NCBI GenBank assembly: GCA_049325535.1
Contig: JBMOKY010000001.1
Location: 422,611 to 486,610, forward strand
Length of the DNA: 64,000 nt
Direction of reading: 5' to 3'
Source of the DNA: Patescibacteria group bacterium
GTDB lineage: Bacteria > Patescibacteriota > Patescibacteriia > UBA10025 > JAHIVO01
This document shows positions 46,587-56,409 of the stretch, piece after piece. The position numbers and the translations under genes are program-made. The notes beneath the pieces are model-generated. The model made no database searches, had not been told where the DNA came from, and saw only the letters and a program-made list of their open reading frames with translations. Numbering within the stretch: position 1 is the first letter of the stretch; every line of letters begins with the position of its first letter.

Positions 46587-47778
46587 CCAGATTTTTTGAT
46601 TCCTTTGTCCAATTGAATTCATCGAGGAATGCTTTTTTTGAATTTTGTGAGCACTGGTGCATATTATTGCTTTCCGTCAGCTTCAAAATAGCATTCGCGA
46701 TATCCACTGGCGCATGACTCTGGGCAACAGTCCCAATGTTGTTTTTGGTAACAATCGCGCTAATTTCAGGCAGGTCACTCGCTACAATCGGAAGTCCGAC
46801 GCTCATATATTCGAATAATTTGTTTGGAAGAGCCAGGTGCTGATTTAAGTTCAGATCTTCTAAAAAGACGAGACCAAAGTCCGCTTGCTTCGTGTAGTGA
46901 GCAAGCACTTTCAGCGGAACAGCAGGATGAAAAAAAATCCTATTGCCCAGCCCATTTGCCGATACTTTCGATTGCAGTTTATTCAGAAGTGGGCCATTCC
47001 CCAGGATCAGCAACACAATATGTTTTGGCAACAGCCGCATCGCATCAATGAAATTGAATAATCCACGTCCGGGTTGCAGTGATCCTTGATACAGGGTAAT
47101 CATGGCATCAGCCGGTATGCCCATGGTTTGGCGTATATTGATGATTTCGTCTGATGAATCAGTTGATGGCGGAGGAACATTCTTAATCACGTGAGGCTCG
47201 GGGATATGGTAACGCCGAGCTAATTCAGCGGCTATCGACTGCGATACGGTCAGTACCAAGCGACATTTTTTTATTATGCGTCGCTCAATAGTTGAGTAAT
47301 ATTTTTTAAACAGTAATTGGCCAATTTTCCCAAATGACCCCTGATTCATTGTTTCCACGTATAATTCGTGCGCATCGTAGACTAAATGGGCACAATTTTT
47401 TCTCGACGCTCTATAGGTAGCCAGTAGGGTATCGAGGTCGTTCGCGTGGTAGATGTCAGCTTTGAGCTCGACCATTTTTTGATATAACCGTTTCGTATTT
47501 TGGTTACCATATGAAAAAAGCGGCAGATAGTATCTAATAATCCGCCAGATAGACTGTGTCAAGATATTGTCACGTGTAAATTTCGGGACGCGGATTATGG
47601 TAAAGCCGTTTTTCGTTTCAAGCAAAGGCTGCTCCTTCATTATTTGTATTCCCACCACGTATACCTCGAAACCGGCTTCAGCAAGAGCTGATGCTTCGCG
47701 GTTAACGCGGCTATCGTTTGTTACGCCGTTCGTGACGGCCATGCAAACCCGTTTTTTTCTGTGTGGTTGCCGGTGCAT
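46546..47778 (-). CDS. GT4 family glycosyltransferase (start at MHRQPHRKK, just after the wecB-like stop)
   Basis: LPNKLFEYMSVGLPIV motif; convergent 40-nt 3' overlap with the plus-strand GT4. Confidence 0.7.
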   Translation of the reverse strand: MHRQPHRKKRVCMAVTNGVTNDSRVNREASALAEAGFEVYVVGIQIMKEQPLLETKNGFTIIRVPKFTRDNILTQSIWRIIRYYLPLFSYGNQNTKRLYQKMVELKADIYHANDLDTLLATYRASRKNCAHLVYDAHELYVETMNQGSFGKIGQLLFKKYYSTIERRIIKKCRLVLTVSQSIAAELARRYHIPEPHVIKNVPPPSTDSSDEIINIRQTMGIPADAMITLYQGSLQPGRGLFNFIDAMRLLPKHIVLLILGNGPLLNKLQSKVSANGLGNRIFFHPAVPLKVLAHYTKQADFGLVFLEDLNLNQHLALPNKLFEYMSVGLPIVASDLPEISAIVTKNNIGTVAQSHAPVDIANAILKLTESNNMHQCSQNSKKAFLDEFNWTKESKNLVNEYSELINDFQG

Positions 47779-47782
47779 GACG

Positions 47783-48859
47783 TTAGCGTTCCTGATGCCA
47801 CCGCTCGATAGCTTCAACAATGAGTCGAGCGGCATTCCCAGAGCCATACAGAGCACCATGATTTTTAGGTGTCGGTGGGTGGGCGATTAAGCTCGCTATC
47901 CGATCGGCATCCGCTGCGGCAAGCGTATTCCATCCAGCCTGAAGCGTCTCGACCCACTCTGTTTCAGTGCGCAGGGTGATGCAGGGTACTTTAAAAAAGT
48001 ACGCTTCTTTTTGCATGCCACCGGAATCAGTCAGAATGAGCTGGGCGTTTTTTTCTAAAATGAGCATTTCATGATAGGGCACCGGGTCAACAATTAGAAT
48101 TTTACTTCCGGTTATAGTATCCTGGAAATGTTCCTCGGTAATTACTTTTCTGGTTCGCGGGTGCAGCGGTAGAAGAATGGGCTGTGTTGAACGTGATAAT
48201 CCCAATAAAATGTTTTTTAGGTTTTTTGGCTGGTCAGTATTTTCGGCACGATGGATGGTGGCGAGACTATAGGAATGCGGCTCGATCCTGAATTTACTCA
48301 GCACGTCCGTATCGTTCGGCGCCGTAGCAAGATATTTGATCAAAGCGTCGATCATTAGGTCACCGACGATCGTTATGCCGGTTTTAATATTTTCATTGGC
48401 GAGCCATGCAGCTGACTGGCGTGAAGAGCAGAGAAGTATGTCGGCGAGGTGGTCAGTGACTATACGGTTGATTTCCTCGGGCATCGATTTATTGAAGCTG
48501 CGCATGCCAGCCTCTACGTGGGCGACGGGAATATGCAGTTTTGCTGCGGCCAGCGCTCCAGCCAGGGTTGAGTTTGTATCTCCAAATACTATGACCACGT
48601 CAGGTTTAATCTGCATGAGTAACCCCTCAATTTCAGAAAGCATCCGGCCTGTCTGTATGCCATGGGAATTTGAACGGATATCGAGATTATAGTCCGGTTC
48701 GGGGATATGCAGCGCATCAAAAAAAACATCCGACATGTTTCGATCATAATGCTGGCCCGTGTGGATGATGATTTCCTGGTGTGCTTTCCTCAGCTCGCTT
48801 GACAGGGGTGCGAGTTTGATGAATTGTGGTCGTGCGCCGACGATGGAAACGATGGTCAT
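47783..48859 (-). CDS. UDP-N-acetylglucosamine 2-epimerase (WecB/WbpI/NeuC family)
   Basis: MTIVSIVGARPQFIKLAPL N-terminus, conserved HVEAGMRS and DSGGMQKEA motifs; 358 aa. Confidence 0.85.
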   Translation of the reverse strand: MTIVSIVGARPQFIKLAPLSSELRKAHQEIIIHTGQHYDRNMSDVFFDALHIPEPDYNLDIRSNSHGIQTGRMLSEIEGLLMQIKPDVVIVFGDTNSTLAGALAAAKLHIPVAHVEAGMRSFNKSMPEEINRIVTDHLADILLCSSRQSAAWLANENIKTGITIVGDLMIDALIKYLATAPNDTDVLSKFRIEPHSYSLATIHRAENTDQPKNLKNILLGLSRSTQPILLPLHPRTRKVITEEHFQDTITGSKILIVDPVPYHEMLILEKNAQLILTDSGGMQKEAYFFKVPCITLRTETEWVETLQAGWNTLAAADADRIASLIAHPPTPKNHGALYGSGNAARLIVEAIERWHQER

Positions 48860-50364
48860 TTGATCTGATTTTTCAGTATTTGTGTTAGTAGTTGAGCTAC
48901 GTTACCCGGTTGGTTCGTTGATACGAATTGTCGTTCCTTGTTTTCCCTTCGCGATTGGGTGAATATAAGGGCGGCCTCTCTGAAACTTTTTGCATCCGTA
49001 GCGAGTGCTGCCCGTGATTCTGTTATGTATCCTGGGTATTTCTTCGCGCCATTATGATCTATAAGAATCGTATTGATGTTAAATTGATGGGCTTCAATAA
49101 TAACCGAAGATGTTTGAGTAACATGCAAACTCATGTACGGCAGGAGAAGGTAAAGGGGGAGGGTCGTTGCTTCAGGAATAGTTATGCGTTCATGAATATC
49201 TCTTTGTGCAATTTGTTTCTGGATAGATGTGAGCAGATATTTATGTCCTGGGTGTAGTCGAAGCCACCAGTGCCACGATTGGTCAGATCCCATTATAGAG
49301 TCAAATAGCCAGTCTGGCAATGGAATATTTTGGGCGGTAATGAGTATATTGATTATTGCTTTTTTACTTCTAATTATTGATTCAATAGTACTCGCGTCTT
49401 TTTGTAGCTCACTAAATTCTCTATGCTTGAATTTATTTAAAAGTAAATTTCCGATAGTTATTATTTTATGAGGTGTTTTCCTCTTATGTATCCAGGAATA
49501 TGTTTTTTGTTCGCTTCCGTCGCCCCACAGTAGGAAATAGTCGGGAAGAAGTTCATATCCTTCTGGAGGGATGGTATCCCAGTGTGCGTAGGCAGGATGC
49601 ATCTCATCCTGGGTGCCGTGCTGGATGTCCGCTGTCGGTATAAGCAGCTCACGACATGCCAGTATAAGAGCGAATCTATTTGGTGAATAATAATTAGTCA
49701 TCATTACTAGTTTGGGTTTTATTCGTCTGAGGATTGCTAAGAATATTTTTTTGTACGTCAATATGAGGGATGTCAGCTTTAAAATTGATTTAATTTCCAA
49801 AAAAGAAGCGTCATTCAAATCGTTTTTAACGATAGTCAGCATCCGCTCATATTCAGGCAAATAGTAAGTGAGTCTTGACCTTCGGTATGTTATGAAATTA
49901 TATAATGAGCCAAAACTCAGAAGCGGTTGAATGAGAAATGACTTATTATTTCTCGGGTATAAGTATTCTCTGTAATTACTTTCCTCGATGCTAAAAGAAG
50001 TGAAGTTATTATTTGATAATTCCTCGATTATGGGATCGAAAAACCGTTCATAATAATGATTACCAATTTTGATGCGGTTTACAGTTGAGGAATAGAAAAG
50101 TATGTCAGCTTGATGAGGTCTGTAAGAATTATGTTCCCGATCATTAATGATCGCGTCAATAACGCGTAATAAATCTTTGATTATTTTTTTTGTGTGTGAT
50201 AGATATGATTTTTTTAGTGTTGACATTGCATTCTCCCTTTCGGCAGCCCCAAATATGAGCACACGAACAATAGGCCAAATACGCATGTCATCAACAACCC
50301 AGGAATTTACCGGGCACTCTTTTTCAATTTTTCGTATTAAATCAAAAGTTTTATTTTGGTTCAT
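48856..50364 (-). CDS. hypothetical GT-B-like protein; candidate capsule-synthesis (KpsS-like) nonulosonic-acid transferase
   Basis: 502 aa, AT-rich, no TM; sits between wzx and the pse genes; family assignment is inference only. Confidence 0.3.
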   Translation of the reverse strand: MNQNKTFDLIRKIEKECPVNSWVVDDMRIWPIVRVLIFGAAERENAMSTLKKSYLSHTKKIIKDLLRVIDAIINDREHNSYRPHQADILFYSSTVNRIKIGNHYYERFFDPIIEELSNNNFTSFSIEESNYREYLYPRNNKSFLIQPLLSFGSLYNFITYRRSRLTYYLPEYERMLTIVKNDLNDASFLEIKSILKLTSLILTYKKIFLAILRRIKPKLVMMTNYYSPNRFALILACRELLIPTADIQHGTQDEMHPAYAHWDTIPPEGYELLPDYFLLWGDGSEQKTYSWIHKRKTPHKIITIGNLLLNKFKHREFSELQKDASTIESIIRSKKAIINILITAQNIPLPDWLFDSIMGSDQSWHWWLRLHPGHKYLLTSIQKQIAQRDIHERITIPEATTLPLYLLLPYMSLHVTQTSSVIIEAHQFNINTILIDHNGAKKYPGYITESRAALATDAKSFREAALIFTQSRRENKERQFVSTNQPGNVAQLLTQILKNQIK

Positions 50365-51640
50365 GTGAAAATTTTAATGCCCTGAGCCACGGCATTTTAT
50401 AGATTCGATTGCTCAATATCCAGATAGCGAAAAATACTATAAAATAACTTATTGTTGTCGATTGCGCTGCTCCAATTGCTCCCCGGGCGCTTACGAACCA
50501 ATAAGTGAGTCCAATATTTAACAGGGCATTCGTAAATGTTAATATCGCAAGAATTCGTGTTTTTTTCATATAGAAAATGTAATTCGCCACCATAAAGTAC
50601 ATACCTTGAGCGGCATAAGCAAGCGCGATCCATATTACATATTCGGCAGAGGATTGGAATTCGTGTCCGACAAAAATTTTGAGAAGTGGGGGAGCGGCAA
50701 AACCAAGTAGCAAAGCAAGGAGAACGATAACAACGAAGTACAAATACGTGAATTGGACAATGTGGATTTTTGAACTATGTTTATTTTCTTTAAGTGTTTG
50801 GTATAGGTAGGGAACCCAAGCAGTATTGAATGATGTTGCCAATAAACTGATAACGGTTCCCACCTGAAATCCTACAGTATATAAACCGGTGGCCGCGATA
50901 CCAATCATTGCGGTAAGCATAATGCGATCGATAGTAGTGTTTATTAACCCACTCAGTGAGTGAGGAATAAGCGGTATGCCAAATTTCAAAGCATCGCGGA
51001 AATACTGAGGATTCCATGTAAATGAAATATACCCCCTCTTCAGCATTATATAAAAATTGATAGTTCCAAACAATATTGTTGAGATAATAATGCCATATAG
51101 CCTGCCTTCCCATTGCATCTGCATAAACATTATGAAAATCAGTGACAAGGCAAGATTGAGTATCGTATAGGCGATAGTAGTCAGCCCATATGGAATCGGG
51201 CGCTGTTCTGCTTGCCATAGAACGAGATTGAGTGATGTCAAAAATTGAAAGAAAGCGCTCAGTGTAATTATTGGCAGCCAAGTGGCCGGGAAGCCGAGTA
51301 GCTCAGTTAGTGCGTTGCTTAAGATCAGGGAAATCAGGAGGACAATGGCAAAACTGATACACAGTATGTAAATAATGTTACCGACATAAATACGCAGCTG
51401 ATCTTTTGAAAGTTTAAAGTATGAAACACTTACTGCCCCATGAGTGTTTATCCCGATGAGTACGATCAACACCGATATTATTACTTGGTAAATTGAAATA
51501 ATGCCGTAGTCTTCGGGTGACAAAAATCTGGTAAGAACAGGTAAAATGAGAAAGGGAATGCCGGCTTTAATAGTATTGCTCAGGATAAACAACGCTGAAT
51601 TTCTCGCCAATTTACTTTTTAGTAACGATATGAAATGCAT
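50351..51640 (-). CDS. wzx: Wzx-type polysaccharide flippase (MOP superfamily)
   Basis: 429 aa, 12 TM, N-terminus typical of polysaccharide biosynthesis protein family (LILPVLTRFLSPEDYG). Confidence 0.75.
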   Translation of the reverse strand: MHFISLLKSKLARNSALFILSNTIKAGIPFLILPVLTRFLSPEDYGIISIYQVIISVLIVLIGINTHGAVSVSYFKLSKDQLRIYVGNIIYILCISFAIVLLISLILSNALTELLGFPATWLPIITLSAFFQFLTSLNLVLWQAEQRPIPYGLTTIAYTILNLALSLIFIMFMQMQWEGRLYGIIISTILFGTINFYIMLKRGYISFTWNPQYFRDALKFGIPLIPHSLSGLINTTIDRIMLTAMIGIAATGLYTVGFQVGTVISLLATSFNTAWVPYLYQTLKENKHSSKIHIVQFTYLYFVVIVLLALLLGFAAPPLLKIFVGHEFQSSAEYVIWIALAYAAQGMYFMVANYIFYMKKTRILAILTFTNALLNIGLTYWFVSARGAIGAAQSTTISYFIVFFAIWILSNRIYKMPWLRALKFSHEPK

Positions 51641-51696
51641 AATTGATTCCCGAAACGGCGCTGGTTATTATAATCAAGCAGCGCTCCTTATCAAAA

Positions 51697-52428
51697 TTAA
51701 GGTTTTTTTTGCTGGACGTGAGTATTTATTGAGGAAATTTCAGGGTTTGCCGTGAGCCACCGTATCACTTGCGGCGTATCAATAAGTTTCCCTGGATGGT
51801 ACCATTGGTTGAAAATTATTTTCATGAGTTCGTAATCATCCACGGTATCCAGTGTTAGTCTCAATTCAGGATGGGCATATGACTGTGGCATAACGACGTT
51901 GTGGATGGTAAATAATTTGGACGGATTTTCCCGCATTATTAATGTGACGTGCTCACGCAAACGTTCGGTATGTGCATTCTCGTCAGCTTTCTTTAGTGCC
52001 CCTTCAGTGAAAGCTTCAACATCAAGTCCGTGTGGAATAATTCTTGATAAAACATTACTGGCATAGTCATACCCTGGCAGCTCATGGATGACCATCTCGA
52101 TAATAGTAGGGTCAATGAGTGGGCAATCTGCGGTGATGCGAACCAGTATAGGCGCCGGGTAGTGATTAGCTGCTAATCGATACCGAGACAGGACGTCAGA
52201 TAAATCACCGCGCACACAGAAAGTCCCCATTTCCTGACAGTAGCGTTCAATCGCGTCGTCGGTTTTGTCAGTTGAAGTTGCGACAACAACGTGTGCTTGA
52301 GGTACGTGTTTGCAACGGTCAACAATATGCCCAAGCACGGGTTTATCCGCAAGTGGTAATAAAACTTTACCCGGTAAACGGGTAGAGCTCATGCGTGCTT
52401 GAATGAGGATGGTGATTCTAGATGCCAT
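51697..52428 (-). CDS. pseF: CMP-pseudaminic acid synthetase-type cytidylyltransferase
   Basis: ILIQARMSSTRLPGKVLLPL N-terminal motif of the CTP_transf_3/NeuA/SpsF family; 243 aa. Confidence 0.75.
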   Translation of the reverse strand: MASRITILIQARMSSTRLPGKVLLPLADKPVLGHIVDRCKHVPQAHVVVATSTDKTDDAIERYCQEMGTFCVRGDLSDVLSRYRLAANHYPAPILVRITADCPLIDPTIIEMVIHELPGYDYASNVLSRIIPHGLDVEAFTEGALKKADENAHTERLREHVTLIMRENPSKLFTIHNVVMPQSYAHPELRLTLDTVDDYELMKIIFNQWYHPGKLIDTPQVIRWLTANPEISSINTHVQQKKP

Positions 52429-52438
52429 AGTATTATTT

Positions 52439-53488
52439 TTATCGTGAAATATCCGTCCGACGCAGAGGGGTGCCTGCTTTCAAACTTCGTCGAGCTTTTT
52501 TCCGCAATATCGTGGGTAGTAAGATGGGAGGGAGTCCAGCATTCGGTCTGATGGAGCGGACATTTTCATACGTGAATCGATCTCCAGCTCTGATGTCTTT
52601 TACGGCAAAGAGTGATCGGCTGAATAGGCGGCTTTTTTTTGTTTTTTCCGAAAGAGTGTAGCGTATTTTTCCGATTGCTTGCTCCGCATCGCGGACCGAG
52701 CGTACCATGTTCCGGAATTCATCTGGTTCTAGGGAAAAAGAAGCGTCAGGCCCGCCGAGGGAGCGTTTCAAGATCAGGTGTTTTTCTATGATTTTTGCGC
52801 CAAGACTCACTGCCGCGATTGGCGCGACGATACCGGTTGTATGGTCTGACAAGCCGGTAATGACGCGGAAGCGTTTTTTCATATCCGGCATAGTTGCTAG
52901 ATTTGCTTCGGCTAATGGAGCCGGATAGGCTGAGGTGCATTGGAGCAAGGCAATAGCATAATTACCTTTTCGTCGACATGCCCGGACCGCTGCCGTAATA
53001 TCAGCTACTGTAGCAATGCCAGTTGAAATGATCATCGGTTTTCCTTGAGCGGCCGTGTATTCTATGAGTGGTATGTCCGTAATTTCAAATGAAGCAATTT
53101 TATAGGCCGGAACGTTCATTTTTTTTAAAAAGTCCACAGCCGTTATGTCAAATGGGGATGAGAAGCATTCCATGCCTAATTGGTTTGCTAATTTTTTTAG
53201 TTTTGGCTGCCATTGCCATGGCGTATGTGCTTCCTGGTACAGGTCGTAGAGTGTCCGGCCATCCCAAATTGTGTCGCTATTGATGCGGAAGTATTTTGTG
53301 TCACTTTTCATCGTGATAGTATCGGCAGTATATGTTTGTAATTTAACTGCGTCAGCGCCAGCCTTTTTTGCAGCACGTATTGTCCGTACCGCAATATCAA
53401 ACCGCTGGTTATGGTTAGCTGATAATTCTGCAATGATAAATGCCGGTGAATGATCACTAATTTCTTTTTTTCCGATTCGAATTTTCAT
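52439..53488 (-). CDS. pseI: pseudaminic acid synthase (NeuB family)
   Basis: FIIAELSANHNQRFDIAVRTIRAAKKAGADAVKLQTY NeuB TIM-barrel signature plus C-terminal SAF domain; 349 aa. Confidence 0.85.
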   Translation of the reverse strand: MKIRIGKKEISDHSPAFIIAELSANHNQRFDIAVRTIRAAKKAGADAVKLQTYTADTITMKSDTKYFRINSDTIWDGRTLYDLYQEAHTPWQWQPKLKKLANQLGMECFSSPFDITAVDFLKKMNVPAYKIASFEITDIPLIEYTAAQGKPMIISTGIATVADITAAVRACRRKGNYAIALLQCTSAYPAPLAEANLATMPDMKKRFRVITGLSDHTTGIVAPIAAVSLGAKIIEKHLILKRSLGGPDASFSLEPDEFRNMVRSVRDAEQAIGKIRYTLSEKTKKSRLFSRSLFAVKDIRAGDRFTYENVRSIRPNAGLPPILLPTILRKKARRSLKAGTPLRRTDISR

Positions 53489-53491
53489 AAA

Positions 53492-53977
53492 TTAAACGGA
53501 AAAAATATATTTTTTTGCTTGTTGTTCTCGCACCACTACCGTAGCCTCAAACTGGAAGCCGGCCTTTTCAAAAAGCTTGATGGATGGAGTATTATCAGGC
53601 TTGATGAATGCCTCTATGCGCATAATTTCGGGATGAAGCGACAGGTAATGTTTAATTGCCAACTGAAGTAATGGTAGGGCAAGCTTTCTGCCACGAAATT
53701 GTGCGGTAACACTAATACCGATTATGGCCACGCCATCGGCGCAGTCAAAACGTACTTGACCCGCAAATCGCCCCTCATACTCAGCGATTAAAAATGTACC
53801 GGATGGATCATGCAGCTTACGATTGAACCATGTAATATGTTGGGGTAGGGAAATGGCCGATGAGCTAAAGGAGTTCTTTCGCACAACCGGATCCATCGCA
53901 AGGTCATATACAGTCCGGGTGTCAGCGCGTGTCACTTTTCTGATAAGTATTTTTTCCGGCTGTATACTATTGGTCAT
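53492..53977 (-). CDS. pseH: GNAT N-acetyltransferase, PseH-like
   Basis: 161 aa GNAT embedded between pseG and pseI. Confidence 0.6.
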   Translation of the reverse strand: MTNSIQPEKILIRKVTRADTRTVYDLAMDPVVRKNSFSSSAISLPQHITWFNRKLHDPSGTFLIAEYEGRFAGQVRFDCADGVAIIGISVTAQFRGRKLALPLLQLAIKHYLSLHPEIMRIEAFIKPDNTPSIKLFEKAGFQFEATVVVREQQAKKYIFSV

Positions 53978-55001
53978 AAGGAGAGCGTATAGTATGTTTT
54001 ATTTCTCGGGCAATCCGGCGCGAACCGTATCCATCGATCAGTCGGCGTCCCGCCCTACTCATTTCTTTTCTTCTTGAAACATTATCTAAAGTGCGGCATG
54101 CATGTATTAGCTGAGATGCGAAGTTCGCGGATGGACCGGTACGCGCGTCAATCGGGTGTATTGCGTTTTTGCGGTGCCAGGCACGCGCATTCAGTATCTG
54201 ATTTTCGGCTACGATGACGCCGATCGAAGGTAATCCGACACAGGCTAATTCATTGAGCGTTTGGCCCGCTCCTGATATAGCAATATCCGCAGTATACATC
54301 AGTCTGATGAGGGCAGCCGCGGAAAGATTGTGATACAATTTTATTGTTTTATCTTTTTTTTGTAAGGATATGAGCTGTTGCCTATTCTGTTTCCGAAATC
54401 CAGCGCCAACGACAACGTGCTTCTTCCACCGGGGATAGTTTGTTGAGAGCGCCCACAAAACATGCGGCGTCAGTGAACGCACGTCTGTTGCGCCAATGGT
54501 AATGAGCACATCGGTCATTTTTTTGCGTATGTGCCGTCGTGCTCGATGTGCAAATTCCTTTCTCAACAATAATTCATACCAATAGGTGGGTTCATGCGGA
54601 CGTCGTATCATATAAAAAGGACGGTACCCGCTCTTGGCATGCCACCCAACCTTCAGGACGACTGAGCTGGCGGGGTATGTAATACGATCGTAGTCGTCTA
54701 TACATACTATAAGTGGCACCTGCTTCGCGATTTCATTGTATACAGCACGTGATGCATGATATGAGTCAATGATAACGCAGTCTGCACCGGTGAGAGCTGT
54801 ACGGCGGAGACGCGCACGCGTAATCCAGTCTCCCCGACGCGCGAAGTGTTTGGGAACAACGGTATGAATACTCGACGGGCCATCAACATACATCGTACAT
54901 ACCATATTCTCATCTTGACACGCTTCGGCTAATGCGTGGCAGCGGGTCAGATGACCAAATCCTTTTTCGGGACTCCCTTCAGTTAATATAGTCACCATCA
55001 T
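53967..55001 (-). CDS. pseG: UDP-2,4-diacetamido-2,4,6-trideoxy-beta-L-altropyranose hydrolase, PseG-like
   Basis: N-terminal GFGHLTRCHALA motif and GT28-like GT-B fold without donor-binding features; 344 aa. Confidence 0.65.
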   Translation of the reverse strand: MMVTILTEGSPEKGFGHLTRCHALAEACQDENMVCTMYVDGPSSIHTVVPKHFARRGDWITRARLRRTALTGADCVIIDSYHASRAVYNEIAKQVPLIVCIDDYDRITYPASSVVLKVGWHAKSGYRPFYMIRRPHEPTYWYELLLRKEFAHRARRHIRKKMTDVLITIGATDVRSLTPHVLWALSTNYPRWKKHVVVGAGFRKQNRQQLISLQKKDKTIKLYHNLSAAALIRLMYTADIAISGAGQTLNELACVGLPSIGVIVAENQILNARAWHRKNAIHPIDARTGPSANFASQLIHACRTLDNVSRRKEMSRAGRRLIDGYGSRRIAREIKHTIRSPYDQ

Positions 55002-55780
55002 GTCGGTCCAACCTCCTGGATAAATCGTTTACGCGTAGGAACACCCTTTTTACTCAAATATTCTTTCGCTTCCAAGGGAGTTTGTTCGGTGAAATGGAAA
55101 ATACTTGCCGCAGCAACCGCGGATGCGCCACCAGTGGTTATGGCTTGGTACATATCTTCATAATTCCCTGCACCACCTGAAGCGATGACCGGAATACTCA
55201 CTGCCGCACTTACCCGCTTAATCAGCTCTAGGTCGTATCCTTTCATTTCTCCGTCGTGATTGATAGAAGTTAGGAGAATTTCTCCTGCTCCACGCCGCTC
55301 TGCTTCTTGCGCCCATACAATAACTTCTTTTCCGGTATCTACTGTACCGGCATGGCTAAAGCAATGGTAGATGCCATTGATCGGACGGGCGTCAATACTC
55401 ACTACGATACATTGCGCGCCAAATTGCTTTGCCCCTTTGTTAATTAGATCAGGAGCAATAAATGCGCCTGTGTTTATAGACACCTTATCAGCTCCGCAGC
55501 GTAGTAGTTGTTTGATATGCTCGATATCCGTAATGCCACCTCCAACCGTAAAAGGAAAAAAACATTCACTGGATATTTCACGGATGGCATCAAAATCAGG
55601 TATCCTTTTTTCTTTCGACGCCATGATATCTACGAGTATCAACTCATCGACTTGTCGCGTATTATAGACACGTACAGCGGGAATAACACTGCCAACACGA
55701 CGCCAGCTATCAAATTGCTTGCCTTTGACGAGGCCAACATCCTTCCAGAGGAGCGTCGGAATAATACGAATTTTAAGCAT
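54998..55780 (-). CDS. HisF-like cyclase subunit of a glycan amidotransferase (WbuZ-like)
   Basis: Clear HisF (beta/alpha)8 signature [19 protein letters not shown]; located in glycan cluster, not a his operon. Confidence 0.8.
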   Translation of the reverse strand: MLKIRIIPTLLWKDVGLVKGKQFDSWRRVGSVIPAVRVYNTRQVDELILVDIMASKEKRIPDFDAIREISSECFFPFTVGGGITDIEHIKQLLRCGADKVSINTGAFIAPDLINKGAKQFGAQCIVVSIDARPINGIYHCFSHAGTVDTGKEVIVWAQEAERRGAGEILLTSINHDGEMKGYDLELIKRVSAAVSIPVIASGGAGNYEDMYQAITTGGASAVAAASIFHFTEQTPLEAKEYLSKKGVPTRKRFIQEVGPT

Positions 55781-56394
55781 TAGAGTGAGAGAAAATTTTT
55801 CAAAATACTGAAACCAGCATTTTGGCTTTTTTCGGGGTGGAATTGTGTGCCGTAGACGTTTTTATTTTTGATCACCGAAGCAAAGGACCCACAGTAGGGT
55901 GTGGTTGCAATCACGGAACTTTGTGCGGCGGGGGAGAAGAAGTAACTGTGAACGAAGTAGAAATCGGTGTGGTCGGGAATGCCAGAAACAATATCATCAG
56001 GCTGCACAATAGTCACTTCATTCCAGCCAATATGAGGTATTCGCTCTTTTTTTTCTGTTGGTTGGAATTTTTTAATGGTGCCAGGTACCAGACCTAGTCC
56101 TTTGGTTGCGCCACCCTCATCTCCTTTGTCAGCAAGTAATTGCTGACCCAAGCAGATACCAAGGAACGGCACGCCATCCTCAAGCGCTGCCTTTCTAATT
56201 GATTCAACCCAGCCACGTTCACGCAAGTTTTTCATGCCATCAAAAAACGCACCCACTCCTGGCAAAATAATATGGGTGGCATCACACAAAGAATAGGGGT
56301 CATCACTTATATGTACAATACCACCACATTCAATAATTGCTTGACGAATCGAGCTGAGATTGCTCATTCCATAATCAATTATGGTGACATTCAT
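55780..56394 (-). CDS. HisH-like glutamine amidotransferase subunit (WbuY-like)
   Basis: MNVTIIDYGMSNLSSI N-terminus and class-I GATase Cys-His-Glu triad context; 204 aa. Confidence 0.8.
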   Translation of the reverse strand: MNVTIIDYGMSNLSSIRQAIIECGGIVHISDDPYSLCDATHIILPGVGAFFDGMKNLRERGWVESIRKAALEDGVPFLGICLGQQLLADKGDEGGATKGLGLVPGTIKKFQPTEKKERIPHIGWNEVTIVQPDDIVSGIPDHTDFYFVHSYFFSPAAQSSVIATTPYCGSFASVIKNKNVYGTQFHPEKSQNAGFSILKNFLSL

Positions 56395-56409
56395 AGAGTA
56401 GAGAACAAC

